This document shows, piece after piece, positions 28,154 through 36,799 of a DNA stretch of 64,000 bases. This DNA is from Terriglobia bacterium (GTDB taxonomy: Bacteria > Acidobacteriota > Polarisedimenticolia > Polarisedimenticolales > JAIQFR01). The notes under the pieces are model-generated. The model had not been told where the DNA came from and did no database searches. It was given only the letters and a program-made list of their open reading frames with translations. The DNA is taken from positions 768,001 to 832,000 of the forward strand of contig CAVVHE010000004.1 of the NCBI GenBank assembly GCA_963748015.1, read 5' to 3'. Position numbers and translations under genes: made by a program. The first letter of the stretch is position 1. Each line of letters opens with the position of its first letter.

Positions 28154-29143
28154 ATGAGCATGCAGTCGGTCGTGCTGCACGGCTTCGGGAAACTCCCCCT
28201 CGCGGGGGATTTCATCCACTTCCGGCTGGAAGGCGACGAGGCCCGCGCGTTCGCCGGCTGGCTCGAGCGGGGGCAGGCGCTCGTCGAGGGAATCCGGCGC
28301 GGCGGGGCGGAGGACAGCGCGGCGGCAGGCGATGCGCCCCGGCGGTTCCGCTTCGCGTTCGACCCCGGGAACGGACGCCGCCTCCTGTTCGGCGTGCTGC
28401 GCGAGAGCCACGACCGCGGCGCTCTCAGGCGCTTTCCCTTCGCGCTGTTCGCGTCCCTGGAGGCGTCGGGATACCGCGAGCGGCCTGCCCTGATGCCCAT
28501 GCTCTTCTCGCCGGCATGGGAGACGCTGGACGCTACGATGGAGACTCTCGGCCGGGTCCAGGGAACGGACGAGTTGTTCGGGCTCCTCAACCGGATGGAC
28601 GTTCCGGTGACGGATCCGGGGCGTCCCGCCTCGGGCGAGGTGGACGGGATCCTCTCCTCGACTGCCGCGGGCGCGTTCTTCGAGGCACTCCTAGGGGAGG
28701 GGAGCCTCGCGCGGCGGGTCGCGTTGTTCGACCTCCTGATCCAATCTCTCTCGCCGTTCCGGAAGAACCGCCCGGAGGAGGTTCCGGTCACGCTCAAGCT
28801 CCCGCTCTCGGGAGGGGTCGCCGACGTGCGGCTACAGAGCGTTTTCTGGGTGGAGCTGCTCTGCGGGATGCTCCGGGGAGCCCGCGTCGCCCCGAACCTC
28901 TTTCAGCGCGTCTCGCCGGAGAGCGGACTTCCGACGAGCCTGCAGGTGTTCTTTCAGCGGGCCGACGAGACGAATTTCGCGGCTCTCCTGACGAGACGGT
29001 ACGAGGCGGATTACGTGAGCGACCTGACCGATCTCGGGGCGGCGCCCCCGGCGCCGTCGGCGATCGGGAACTCCGCGCTCAAGCAAATCGAGTCGGAAGG
29101 CGCGACGCTGCAGGATCTGGTGCGCTTCCGGTGGATGGGCTAG
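28154..29143 (+). CDS. tagF: T6SS accessory regulator TagF
   Basis: N-terminal 'FGKLPLAGDFI' and 'SHD...RRFPF' signature; follows tssM. Confidence 0.85.
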   Translation: MSMQSVVLHGFGKLPLAGDFIHFRLEGDEARAFAGWLERGQALVEGIRRGGAEDSAAAGDAPRRFRFAFDPGNGRRLLFGVLRESHDRGALRRFPFALFASLEASGYRERPALMPMLFSPAWETLDATMETLGRVQGTDELFGLLNRMDVPVTDPGRPASGEVDGILSSTAAGAFFEALLGEGSLARRVALFDLLIQSLSPFRKNRPEEVPVTLKLPLSGGVADVRLQSVFWVELLCGMLRGARVAPNLFQRVSPESGLPTSLQVFFQRADETNFAALLTRRYEADYVSDLTDLGAAPPAPSAIGNSALKQIESEGATLQDLVRFRWMG

Positions 29144-29157
29144 GAGCCGGTTTCCCG

Positions 29158-29186
29158 TTGACGCCGCGGGGCGAAGCGCGTAGTCT
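29158..29186 (+). promoter_or_regulatory. Internal sigma70-type promoter upstream of tssA
   Basis: TTGACG (29158-29163), 17 nt, TAGTCT (29181-29186) in an AT-richer intergenic gap. Confidence 0.65.
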
Positions 29187-29234
29187 CGGACTAGTTTTGT
29201 CGTGTATTGACGAACGTGGCAGGGGTGAGGGAAG

Positions 29235-30830
29235 TTGAGCGATCCCACGGACAGCCGGCTCGAGGCCATCCTGAAACCCATCCCGGGGGACCGCCCGGCG
29301 GGACGGTCGGTCCGGTACGACCCCGACTACGAAATCCTCAAAGCCGAAACCGACAAGATCGGGAGCGTCGCGGCGGCCAGCGTGGATTGGGCGAAAGTCG
29401 GCACGCTCGCGGGGGAGATCCTCCAGCACAAGTCCAAGGACCTGCTCGTGATGAGCTATTTCAGCCTGGCGCAGTTCCAGACCGGGGGTTACGTGGGGCT
29501 CGCCGCGAGCCTCGGCGGGATGCGCAAGCTGATCGAGAACTACTGGGACGGGCTCTTCCCGGAGGTGAGCCGGATCCGGGCGCGCGTCGCCGCGATCGAG
29601 TGGCTCATCGAACGGTGCGCGGCGGCGGTGCAGCGAAAGGAACCGGCGCCGGACGAGGCCGGGTCTCTGGCGACGTGCGTCGAGGAGACGGAGGCGCTGG
29701 ACTCGTGCCTCCGGGAAAAGCTGCTGAACGATGCGCCCAGCCTGGGCGACATCCGCGGCGCGTTGAACGAGCGGCTGTCAGCCACCGCGGGAGCGGAGTC
29801 GGCGCCCGCGACCTCCGGGGACGTCCCCCCGGCGGCGGCGGAAGCCCCTGCCGGCGTGGCAGCCGTCCCTGTCGCGGCGCGCGACCTCTCGAGCTCCGAC
29901 GCGAGGGACGATTCGCTCAAGGAGACCCTGGCGACGCTCAGGTCTCTCGCGGTGGCGATCCGGCGCGCCGATCCGCGGGATCCGCTCGGCTACCGTCTCG
30001 TCCGGGTCGCCGCGTGGGGCCGCGTGAAGGGGACCCCCTCGGAGACGGACGGCAGGACGTCGGTGCCGGCGCTGGGGGCCTCGCCGGAGACGCTGGAGCG
30101 CCTCTCCACGCTCGCGGCGCGGGGAGAGTGGTCGGTACTCGTCGAGCAGGCGGAAAGCCAGTTCCTGGAGTCGGTCCTTTGGCTCGACGTCCATCGCTTC
30201 AGCGCTCAAGCTCTCAAGGGGATGGGACGGGAGTTCGAGCGGGCAGAGCGCGTGGTCGTCCACGAGCTCGGGCTTCACGTGCGGTCGTTTCCGAGAATGC
30301 TCGATCTGACGTTCAGCAACGGAATGCCCTTTGCCTCGGATGAGACGCGCGACTGGATCGGGCAGGTTGTCCTGAGCGGGCCCGGCCCCTCGGAGCCGGC
30401 GATGAGGAGCGCGGCGGCCGGGGACGGCGGGAAGGCGAACGACGAGGCGGTCGTTCGCGCCGTGGAGCTTGCCCGGTCGGGAAAGGTAGGCGAGGCGGTG
30501 GGCGTGCTCGCGGACGTCGTCGATCGTCCCGCGTCGGCGCGCGACCGCTTCCAGAGACGTTTGGCCCTGGCGCGGATCCTGGCCGAGGCCCGGGAGCTGA
30601 GGGCGGCGCTGGCCCAAATGGAGCGGGTCGAGATGGACCTGGCGCGCTTCGGGGTCGAGGAATGGGAGCCGGGACTCGCGGTGGAAGCGATCTCGGTGCA
30701 CCTTCGTCTCCAGCGCGCCCTGGCGAAGAGCGAGGGCAAGGGAGTCGCGGAGGTGGCCCGGAAGGCAGAGGAGCTGTACGCCAGGCTCGCGGGCCTCGAC
30801 GCCCGCGCGGCCCTGGCGATGAAGTCGTGA
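29235..30830 (+). CDS. tssA: T6SS TssA (ImpA_N + VasJ-type C-terminus)
   Basis: 'LKPIPGDRPAG..VRYDPDY', 'SKDL', 'YWDGLFP', 'WLDVH', 'F.NG.PFA', 'WEPGLA'; TTG start. Confidence 0.92.
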   Translation: MSDPTDSRLEAILKPIPGDRPAGRSVRYDPDYEILKAETDKIGSVAAASVDWAKVGTLAGEILQHKSKDLLVMSYFSLAQFQTGGYVGLAASLGGMRKLIENYWDGLFPEVSRIRARVAAIEWLIERCAAAVQRKEPAPDEAGSLATCVEETEALDSCLREKLLNDAPSLGDIRGALNERLSATAGAESAPATSGDVPPAAAEAPAGVAAVPVAARDLSSSDARDDSLKETLATLRSLAVAIRRADPRDPLGYRLVRVAAWGRVKGTPSETDGRTSVPALGASPETLERLSTLAARGEWSVLVEQAESQFLESVLWLDVHRFSAQALKGMGREFERAERVVVHELGLHVRSFPRMLDLTFSNGMPFASDETRDWIGQVVLSGPGPSEPAMRSAAAGDGGKANDEAVVRAVELARSGKVGEAVGVLADVVDRPASARDRFQRRLALARILAEARELRAALAQMERVEMDLARFGVEEWEPGLAVEAISVHLRLQRALAKSEGKGVAEVARKAEELYARLAGLDARAALAMKS

Positions 30831-30906
30831 CGGCGGATCTGGACCGGCGCGCGGCGCGGCGGAAGCGATCGGCGCCCCGGACGGAACAACCATAAGGAGC
30901 GAGGCG

Positions 30907-31419
30907 ATGGCCAAAGAAGGTTCGGTGGCCCCGCGGGAGCGGGTGAACATCACCTACAAGCCGGCTACGGGCGACGCGAAGGCGGAGGTGGAGCTGCCCC
31001 TGAAGCTCGTCATGATGGGGGACTACACCCTCCGCGCCGACGATCGGCCGCTCGAGGAGAGGAAACCGATCGGCGTCAGCAAGGACAACTTCGACGAGGT
31101 CATGAAGAAGCAGCAGCTCTCCCTCTCGTTCAACGTCCAGGACCGGCTCGCCGGGAAGGCCGACGCCGAGATGCCCGTGCACCTGAAGTTCGACACGCTG
31201 AAGGACTTCGCCCCGGAGTCGGTCGCGCAGCAGGTCCCCGAGCTGAACAAGCTTCTCGAGCTTCGGAAGGCCCTGCTGGCCTTGAAGGGACCCCTCGGGA
31301 ACATCCCCGGCTTCCGCAAGAAGCTGCAAGCGATGCTGGAAAGCGGGGCCGACGTGGAGAAGATCCTGGCGGAGCTGGGCGCCGCCGGTGGCGAAGAGGA
31401 AAAGGGCGAGGCGAAGTAG
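30907..31419 (+). CDS. tssB: T6SS contractile sheath small subunit TssB (VipA)
   Basis: 'MAKEGSVAPRERVNITY', 'ELPLK', 'DFAPESVAQQVPEL'. Confidence 0.97.
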   Translation: MAKEGSVAPRERVNITYKPATGDAKAEVELPLKLVMMGDYTLRADDRPLEERKPIGVSKDNFDEVMKKQQLSLSFNVQDRLAGKADAEMPVHLKFDTLKDFAPESVAQQVPELNKLLELRKALLALKGPLGNIPGFRKKLQAMLESGADVEKILAELGAAGGEEEKGEAK

Positions 31420-31474
31420 GTCGGGAGGCGACAACGAGCATGCGCCGCCTCGGGCGGCGAACAGGTGAGGCACC

Positions 31475-32959
31475 ATGGCGGATCAGAAGGAAGAACAGAG
31501 GCAACAAGCCGGAGCGACCGAGGAAGGAGCGGCCTCGCTGCTCGACTCGATCATGCAGGAGACCAAGATCCGGCCCTCGGACGACAGCTACGGTGTCGCC
31601 AAGCGCGGTCTCGGGGCGTTCATCAAACACCTCGTGGAGACGCGAGCGACGGGCAAGATCAACCAGGCCGCGGTCATCGAGATGATCGCGGAGATCGATC
31701 GGAAGCTCAGCGGGCAGGTCGACGCGATTCTCCACCACGAGATGTTCCAGAGGATGGAGTCGGCGTGGCGCGGCCTGAAGTTGGTCGTCGACAAGACCAA
31801 CTTCAGGGAGAACATCAAGATCGAGCTCCTCAACGTCTCGAAGGAGGACCTGCTGGCCGACTTCGAGGACTCCCCCGAGCTGGTCAAGTCGGGGCTGTAC
31901 AAGACGGTCTACTCGGACAACTACGGGGTGTTCGGCGGAGAGCCCGTCGCGGGGATGATCGCGAATTACGACTTCGGTCCCGGTCCTCAGGACGTCCGCC
32001 TTCTGCAGAATTGCGCGTCGGTGGCCACCATGGCCCACGCGCCGTTCATCGCGGCGGCGGGCGCGGAGTTCTTCGGCGAGAAGGACTTCCTCAAGTTCCC
32101 CAACCTGAAGGACCTGCACTCGATCTTCGAGGGGCCGCAATACGCGAAGTGGCGGAGCTTCCGCGAGTCCGAGGACGCGAGATCGGTCGCGCTCGCGATG
32201 CCGCGCTTCCTGCTCCGCCTGCCGTACGGCAAGGAAACGGTCCCAGTCAAGGCGTTCGACTACGAGGAGACCGCGTCGGGCAACCACGAGAACTACCTGT
32301 GGGGCAACGCGGCATTCGCTTTCGCCACCCGCCTGACCGACAGCTTCGCGAAATACAGGTTCTGCGCGAACATCATCGGTCCCTCGGGAGGAGGCGCCGT
32401 GGAGGATCTCCCCGTTCACACCTTCGAGTCCATGGGGGAGATCGAGGCCAAGATCCCGACCGAGATCCTGCTCACGGAGCGGCGGGAGTTCGAGCTGGCC
32501 GAAGAGGGGTTCGTCGGCTTGACGATGCGGAAGGGGAGCGACAACGCCTGCTTCTTCTCCGCCAACTCCTGCCAGAAGCCGAAGACCTTCGGCCAGTCGA
32601 AGGAGGGGAAGACGGCCGAGGCGAACTACAAGCTCGGCACGCGGCTTCCGTACCTGTTCATCGTCAACCGCATGGCGCACTATCTCAAGGTGCTCCAGCG
32701 GGAGGAGATCGGGAGCACGAAGTCGAGGGTGGACCTCGAGAAAGAGCTCAACCAGTGGATCGGCCAATACGTCCTCGACATGGACCATGCCGACGCGGCG
32801 TCCTACGCGCGAAGGCCACTGAGGAAGGCCGAGGTGACGGTGGAGGACGTCGAGGGCGAGCCGGGGTGGTACAAGGTCGGCCTCAAGGTGGTGCCGCACT
32901 TCAAGTACGAGGGAGCGTTCTTCGAGTTGTCTCTGGTCGGAAAACTGGACAAGAAATAG
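31475..32959 (+). CDS. tssC: T6SS contractile sheath large subunit TssC (VipB)
   Basis: 'ILHH..FQRMESAWRGL', 'AHAPF', 'PRFLLRLPYG', 'YLWGN', 'GGAVEDLP', 'LPYLF..R.AHYLKV'. Confidence 0.98.
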   Translation: MADQKEEQRQQAGATEEGAASLLDSIMQETKIRPSDDSYGVAKRGLGAFIKHLVETRATGKINQAAVIEMIAEIDRKLSGQVDAILHHEMFQRMESAWRGLKLVVDKTNFRENIKIELLNVSKEDLLADFEDSPELVKSGLYKTVYSDNYGVFGGEPVAGMIANYDFGPGPQDVRLLQNCASVATMAHAPFIAAAGAEFFGEKDFLKFPNLKDLHSIFEGPQYAKWRSFRESEDARSVALAMPRFLLRLPYGKETVPVKAFDYEETASGNHENYLWGNAAFAFATRLTDSFAKYRFCANIIGPSGGGAVEDLPVHTFESMGEIEAKIPTEILLTERREFELAEEGFVGLTMRKGSDNACFFSANSCQKPKTFGQSKEGKTAEANYKLGTRLPYLFIVNRMAHYLKVLQREEIGSTKSRVDLEKELNQWIGQYVLDMDHADAASYARRPLRKAEVTVEDVEGEPGWYKVGLKVVPHFKYEGAFFELSLVGKLDKK

Positions 32960-33028
32960 GGCGCCGCGGAGCGGCGGCTGCGGACTTGCTCTGCGGCCGT
33001 CCTCCCCGGGGCCCGAGGAGGATGAGCC

Positions 33029-33508
33029 ATGGCCTACGAGTTCTACATCACGATCGAAGGGACGAAGCAGGGGAAATTCAAGGGCGAGAGCATCCGGGAC
33101 AAGCACAAGGAAAAGATGGAAGGCCTGGCGTTCGACTGGAAGGTCCAGTCCCCGCGCGACATCGCCACCGGGCAGGCGTCGGGCAAGCGGCAGCACATGC
33201 CGATCAAGATCACGAAGGAGTGGGGGGGCGCCTCCCCGCAGATCTTCCACGCCCTGTGCACCAACGAGGTGCTCAAGTCCGTGCTCTTCGAGTTCATCCG
33301 GACCACCGCGGAGGGAGCCGAGGAGATCCACCACACCATCAAGCTCACGAACGCCACGATCTCCGAGCTGCACCCGTTCATCGGGATGGCGAAGCACGAG
33401 GAGAGGACGGACGTCCACGAGCTCGAGGAAGTCTCTTTCACCTACCAGAAGATCGAGATCGAGAACAAGATCGCCAAGACGATGGCGGTCGACGACTGGA
33501 CGAAGTGA
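33029..33508 (+). CDS. hcp: T6SS tube protein Hcp (TssD)
   Basis: 'IEGTKQG', 'GQASGKRQH', 'ASPQ', 'LTNATI', 'EEVSFTYQKI', 'DDW'. Confidence 0.96.
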   Translation: MAYEFYITIEGTKQGKFKGESIRDKHKEKMEGLAFDWKVQSPRDIATGQASGKRQHMPIKITKEWGGASPQIFHALCTNEVLKSVLFEFIRTTAEGAEEIHHTIKLTNATISELHPFIGMAKHEERTDVHELEEVSFTYQKIEIENKIAKTMAVDDWTK

Positions 33509-33578
33509 AGGCTGCGGGGGGGCGCGCGGCGAGCGCGCTGCGCCACCCCCGCCGGAAACTCCTGGGGACGGGTGTTTC

Positions 33579-33992
33579 TTGAGCGAGAAATCGCTGCTGG
33601 AACGGCTGCGCCGGCCGGACGCCGCGGCGCAGCGGCGCGGCGAGGACAGCCTGCAGGACATGGCGGATTCGATCCTCCGACATCTGCAGCGCATGCTGAA
33701 CACGCGCCAGGGAAACGCGCCGACGGTTCCGGACTACGGCGTTCCGGACCTGACGGAGCTGGCGCGGGGCTTCCCGGCGTCCTCCTCGACGCTCGAAGAG
33801 AGCCTCCGGGCGTGCGTCGAGAAGTACGAGCCCCGGCTGCGTGAGGTGACGGTCCGCTACAAGGAGTCGCCCGACGACGTCCTCAGCCTGTCGTTCGAGG
33901 TCACGGGCCGCCTGGTCGTGCACGGCGAGGAAGCCGGCGTCTGGTTTCTGACCAAGATCGATCCGGAGGGCCGGGTCGACGTGAAGGGCTAG
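33579..33992 (+). CDS. tssE: T6SS baseplate TssE (gp25-like)
   Basis: 'SLLERL', 'LNTRQG', 'DYGVPD', 'YEPRL'. Confidence 0.93.
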   Translation: MSEKSLLERLRRPDAAAQRRGEDSLQDMADSILRHLQRMLNTRQGNAPTVPDYGVPDLTELARGFPASSSTLEESLRACVEKYEPRLREVTVRYKESPDDVLSLSFEVTGRLVVHGEEAGVWFLTKIDPEGRVDVKG

Positions 33993-33997
33993 GACGG

Positions 33998-35758
33998 GTG
34001 TTCAACAAGTACTACGAGGACGAGCTGGCCTTCCTCCGGGAGCTCGGGGCGGAGTTCTCCCGCGCCAACCCCGCGGCCGCCCCTTACCTCGCGGAGCGCG
34101 CGGCCGATCCGGACGTGGAACGCCTGCTCGAGGGGTTCGCGTTCCTCACGGGGAAGCTGAGGCAGAAACTCGACGACGAGCTCCCCGAGCTGATCCAGAG
34201 CGTCATGCAGCTCCTCTGGCCGCACTACCTCCGGCCGGTGCCCCCCCTCACCCTCCTCCAATTCGACGCGCAGCCGCACATGGTGCGCGAGCCGCAGCTG
34301 ATCCCGAGAGGTACCGAGGTCGATTCGGTTCCGGTCGAGGGGACTCCCTGCCGCTTCCGCACCTGCGGAGACGTGCGCCTGCTTCCCCTGACCCTCGAGA
34401 CGGCCGAGGCCGAGCGCCCCGCGGGATCGGCGGGGCATCTCCGGCTCCAGTTCCGGGTGTCGCAGGGTGCGAAGGCGGAGGCCCTCGACCTCGGAAAGCT
34501 CCGCCTGTTCCTGCACGGCGAGCCGACGACGACCTACGCCCTGTTCCTCCAGCTCACGCGTCGGCTGAAGGAGATCGTCGTCGCGCCGGTGGGTGTGAGC
34601 GGGAGGCAGGTCACGCTCCCTCCGGATTCTCTGAAAGCGGGTGGCTTCGGCGAGGAGGACGCGCTGATTCCCTACCCGCCGCACGCGTTTCCCGGTTATC
34701 GTCTCCTGCAGGAATACTTCGCGCTTCCCCAGAAGTTCCTGTTCCTCGAAATCGACGGGCTGCCCCGTCTCGGCGCGCTGGGGGCCACCGACGCGTTCGA
34801 GGTCCGCTTCGTGTTCTCCCGGCCGCCGGAGTCGCCGCTGCGGCTCGGGACGGAGGTCATCCGCCTCCACTGCGTCCCCGCGGTCAATCTCTTCGAGGTG
34901 GACTCGGACCCGATCCGGGTGGATCACCACAAGGTCGAGTACCTGATCCGGCCGTCGGGGATCAACCCCGCGCACGCGGAGGTCTTTTCCATCGACGGCG
35001 TGAAGGGCTGGGTGAGGGGTACCGTGGAGCCGCGGGCCTACCCGTCCTTTTATTCCTTCCGCCACGGCACGGAGAACGCCGCAGCGACCGGGACCGTTTT
35101 CTACCACAGCAGGATCCGGCCGTCCGTCGTCGGAAGAGGCGTGGACACCTACGCGTCCTTCGTGACCGCCGAGCAGAAGCAGGCGATTCCACCGACCGAA
35201 ACGGTCGTGATGAGCCTGACCTGCACGAACCGACATCTCCCCGCCGCGCTGCGCATCGGGGACGTCAGCCGCGCTACGAGCAGCTCCCCGCAGTTCGCGC
35301 AGTTCCGGAACATCGCGCCGGTTTCCGCCAGCATTCCTCCGCCGCTCGGCGGCGAGCTGCACTGGCGGCTGATCTCGAATCTCTCCCTCAACTACCTGTC
35401 GCTCGCGAGCGTCGAGGGGCTGCGGACCCTCCTTGCGGTCTACAACTTCCCGGCGCTGCAGGACCGGGTGGCGGCTCGCGAGGGAGAGCTTCGTCTCGCG
35501 GGGATACAGAACTTGCGGACGTCGGCGGAGGAGAGGCTCTTGAGGGGCTCGCCGGTCCGCGGATGCCGAATCGAGATCGACATGAAGGAGGACCACTTCG
35601 CCGGCGAAGGAGAGATGGTCCTGTTCGCCGGCGTGCTGCACGAGTTCCTCTCGCTCTACTGCACCGTCAACTCCTTCGTGCACCTGGTGGTGCGCGGGGT
35701 GCAGCACGGAGAGACCTACGAATGGAACCCGAGGATGGGGCGGCTGAGCCTGGTCTGA
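33998..35758 (+). CDS. tssF: T6SS baseplate TssF
   Basis: 'YYEDELAFLRE', 'DPDVERLLEGFAFL', 'GYRLLQEYF', 'PAVNLF', 'WRLISNLSLNYLSL'. Confidence 0.97.
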   Translation: MFNKYYEDELAFLRELGAEFSRANPAAAPYLAERAADPDVERLLEGFAFLTGKLRQKLDDELPELIQSVMQLLWPHYLRPVPPLTLLQFDAQPHMVREPQLIPRGTEVDSVPVEGTPCRFRTCGDVRLLPLTLETAEAERPAGSAGHLRLQFRVSQGAKAEALDLGKLRLFLHGEPTTTYALFLQLTRRLKEIVVAPVGVSGRQVTLPPDSLKAGGFGEEDALIPYPPHAFPGYRLLQEYFALPQKFLFLEIDGLPRLGALGATDAFEVRFVFSRPPESPLRLGTEVIRLHCVPAVNLFEVDSDPIRVDHHKVEYLIRPSGINPAHAEVFSIDGVKGWVRGTVEPRAYPSFYSFRHGTENAAATGTVFYHSRIRPSVVGRGVDTYASFVTAEQKQAIPPTETVVMSLTCTNRHLPAALRIGDVSRATSSSPQFAQFRNIAPVSASIPPPLGGELHWRLISNLSLNYLSLASVEGLRTLLAVYNFPALQDRVAAREGELRLAGIQNLRTSAEERLLRGSPVRGCRIEIDMKEDHFAGEGEMVLFAGVLHEFLSLYCTVNSFVHLVVRGVQHGETYEWNPRMGRLSLV

Positions 35759-36765
35759 TGCAGCGGCTCCTCCAGGAGGCGCCGCGATTCTCTTTCTTCC
35801 AGGCGGTCCAGCTGCTGGAACGAGCCCGACCGGACGCGCCCAGGGTGGGTGGCGTCGGGCCGGCTTCGCGCGAGGCGCTGCGTTTCCGTCCGACCCTTTC
35901 GCTCGCGTTCCCCGGCTCGGACGTCGCTTCGATCACGGTCACGGAGGGGCCGTCCGGCGATCCACGCTATCAGGTGGAGACGACGTTCCTCGGCCTCTAC
36001 GGCACCGTCTCGCCGCTCCCCAACTACTTCACCGAAGAGATGCTCCACGAGGTCGAGGAAGACTCGCTGGTCCGTGGCGTACTGGATCTGTTCCATCACC
36101 GGCTGGTGTCGCTCTTCTACCGTTGCTGGGAGAAGTACCGCTACGAGGTCCAGTTCCTGAGGGGTGCGGGCGACCGCTTCTCGAGCCGGATGCTCTGCCT
36201 GATGGGCCTCGGCGTGTCCATGCCGCCCCAAGGGGCTTCGGTGCCCACGATGCGATTGCTGCGCTTCGCGGGGCTACTCGGCCGCACTTCATGCTCCGGT
36301 GCCGCGCTCGAGAGGGCGATCTCGGACTTCTTCGACGGTCTCGAGACCTCGGTGATCCAGTGCGTCGCGCGCTGGGTGCGGATTCCTCCCGGTGACCGAA
36401 CGCGGCTCGGGACGGCCGGGAGCCGGCTGGGTGTCGACGCCCATGCGGGCGAGGAAGTGCTGGATCGCGCCGGGAAGTTCCGGATCCGGCTCGGGGCCGT
36501 CGGACTCGAGGCGTTCCTCGAGTTCCTGCCCGGCGCCATCGCTTTCCGGCAGCTCGACGAGCTGGCGCGGCTGTTCGTCAGGGACCGGCTGCAGTACGAG
36601 ACGGAGGTCGTGCTGAGGAGGGAGGAGGTGCCGGACCTCCTGCTCAGCGAGGGCGGCACGCCGGTCCGCCTCGGACAGACCACTTGGCTCGGGAAGCCCA
36701 GCCGGGACCCGAGCGTCGTTTTTGAGGAGCCGTCACGCCGGAACGACGCCGTCGCGGCGGCGTGA
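35722..36765 (+). CDS. tssG: T6SS baseplate TssG
   Basis: 'FSFFQAVQLLE', 'LAFP.SD', 'FLGLYG..SPLP', 'DLFHHR', 'LG..TWL'; start at 35722 (overlapping tssF) or 35758. Confidence 0.95.
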   Translation: MEPEDGAAEPGLMQRLLQEAPRFSFFQAVQLLERARPDAPRVGGVGPASREALRFRPTLSLAFPGSDVASITVTEGPSGDPRYQVETTFLGLYGTVSPLPNYFTEEMLHEVEEDSLVRGVLDLFHHRLVSLFYRCWEKYRYEVQFLRGAGDRFSSRMLCLMGLGVSMPPQGASVPTMRLLRFAGLLGRTSCSGAALERAISDFFDGLETSVIQCVARWVRIPPGDRTRLGTAGSRLGVDAHAGEEVLDRAGKFRIRLGAVGLEAFLEFLPGAIAFRQLDELARLFVRDRLQYETEVVLRREEVPDLLLSEGGTPVRLGQTTWLGKPSRDPSVVFEEPSRRNDAVAAA

Positions 36766-36799
36766 GAGGAGCGGCGCGGCCGCGGAGGAGCATGCGACC

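Noticed and set aside
24288..28157. 1289-aa alternative-frame ORF, and similar long overlapping or antisense ORFs throughout the window
   Set aside because: Stop-poor shadow frames expected in high-GC coding DNA; no motifs and biased Arg/Gly/Pro composition
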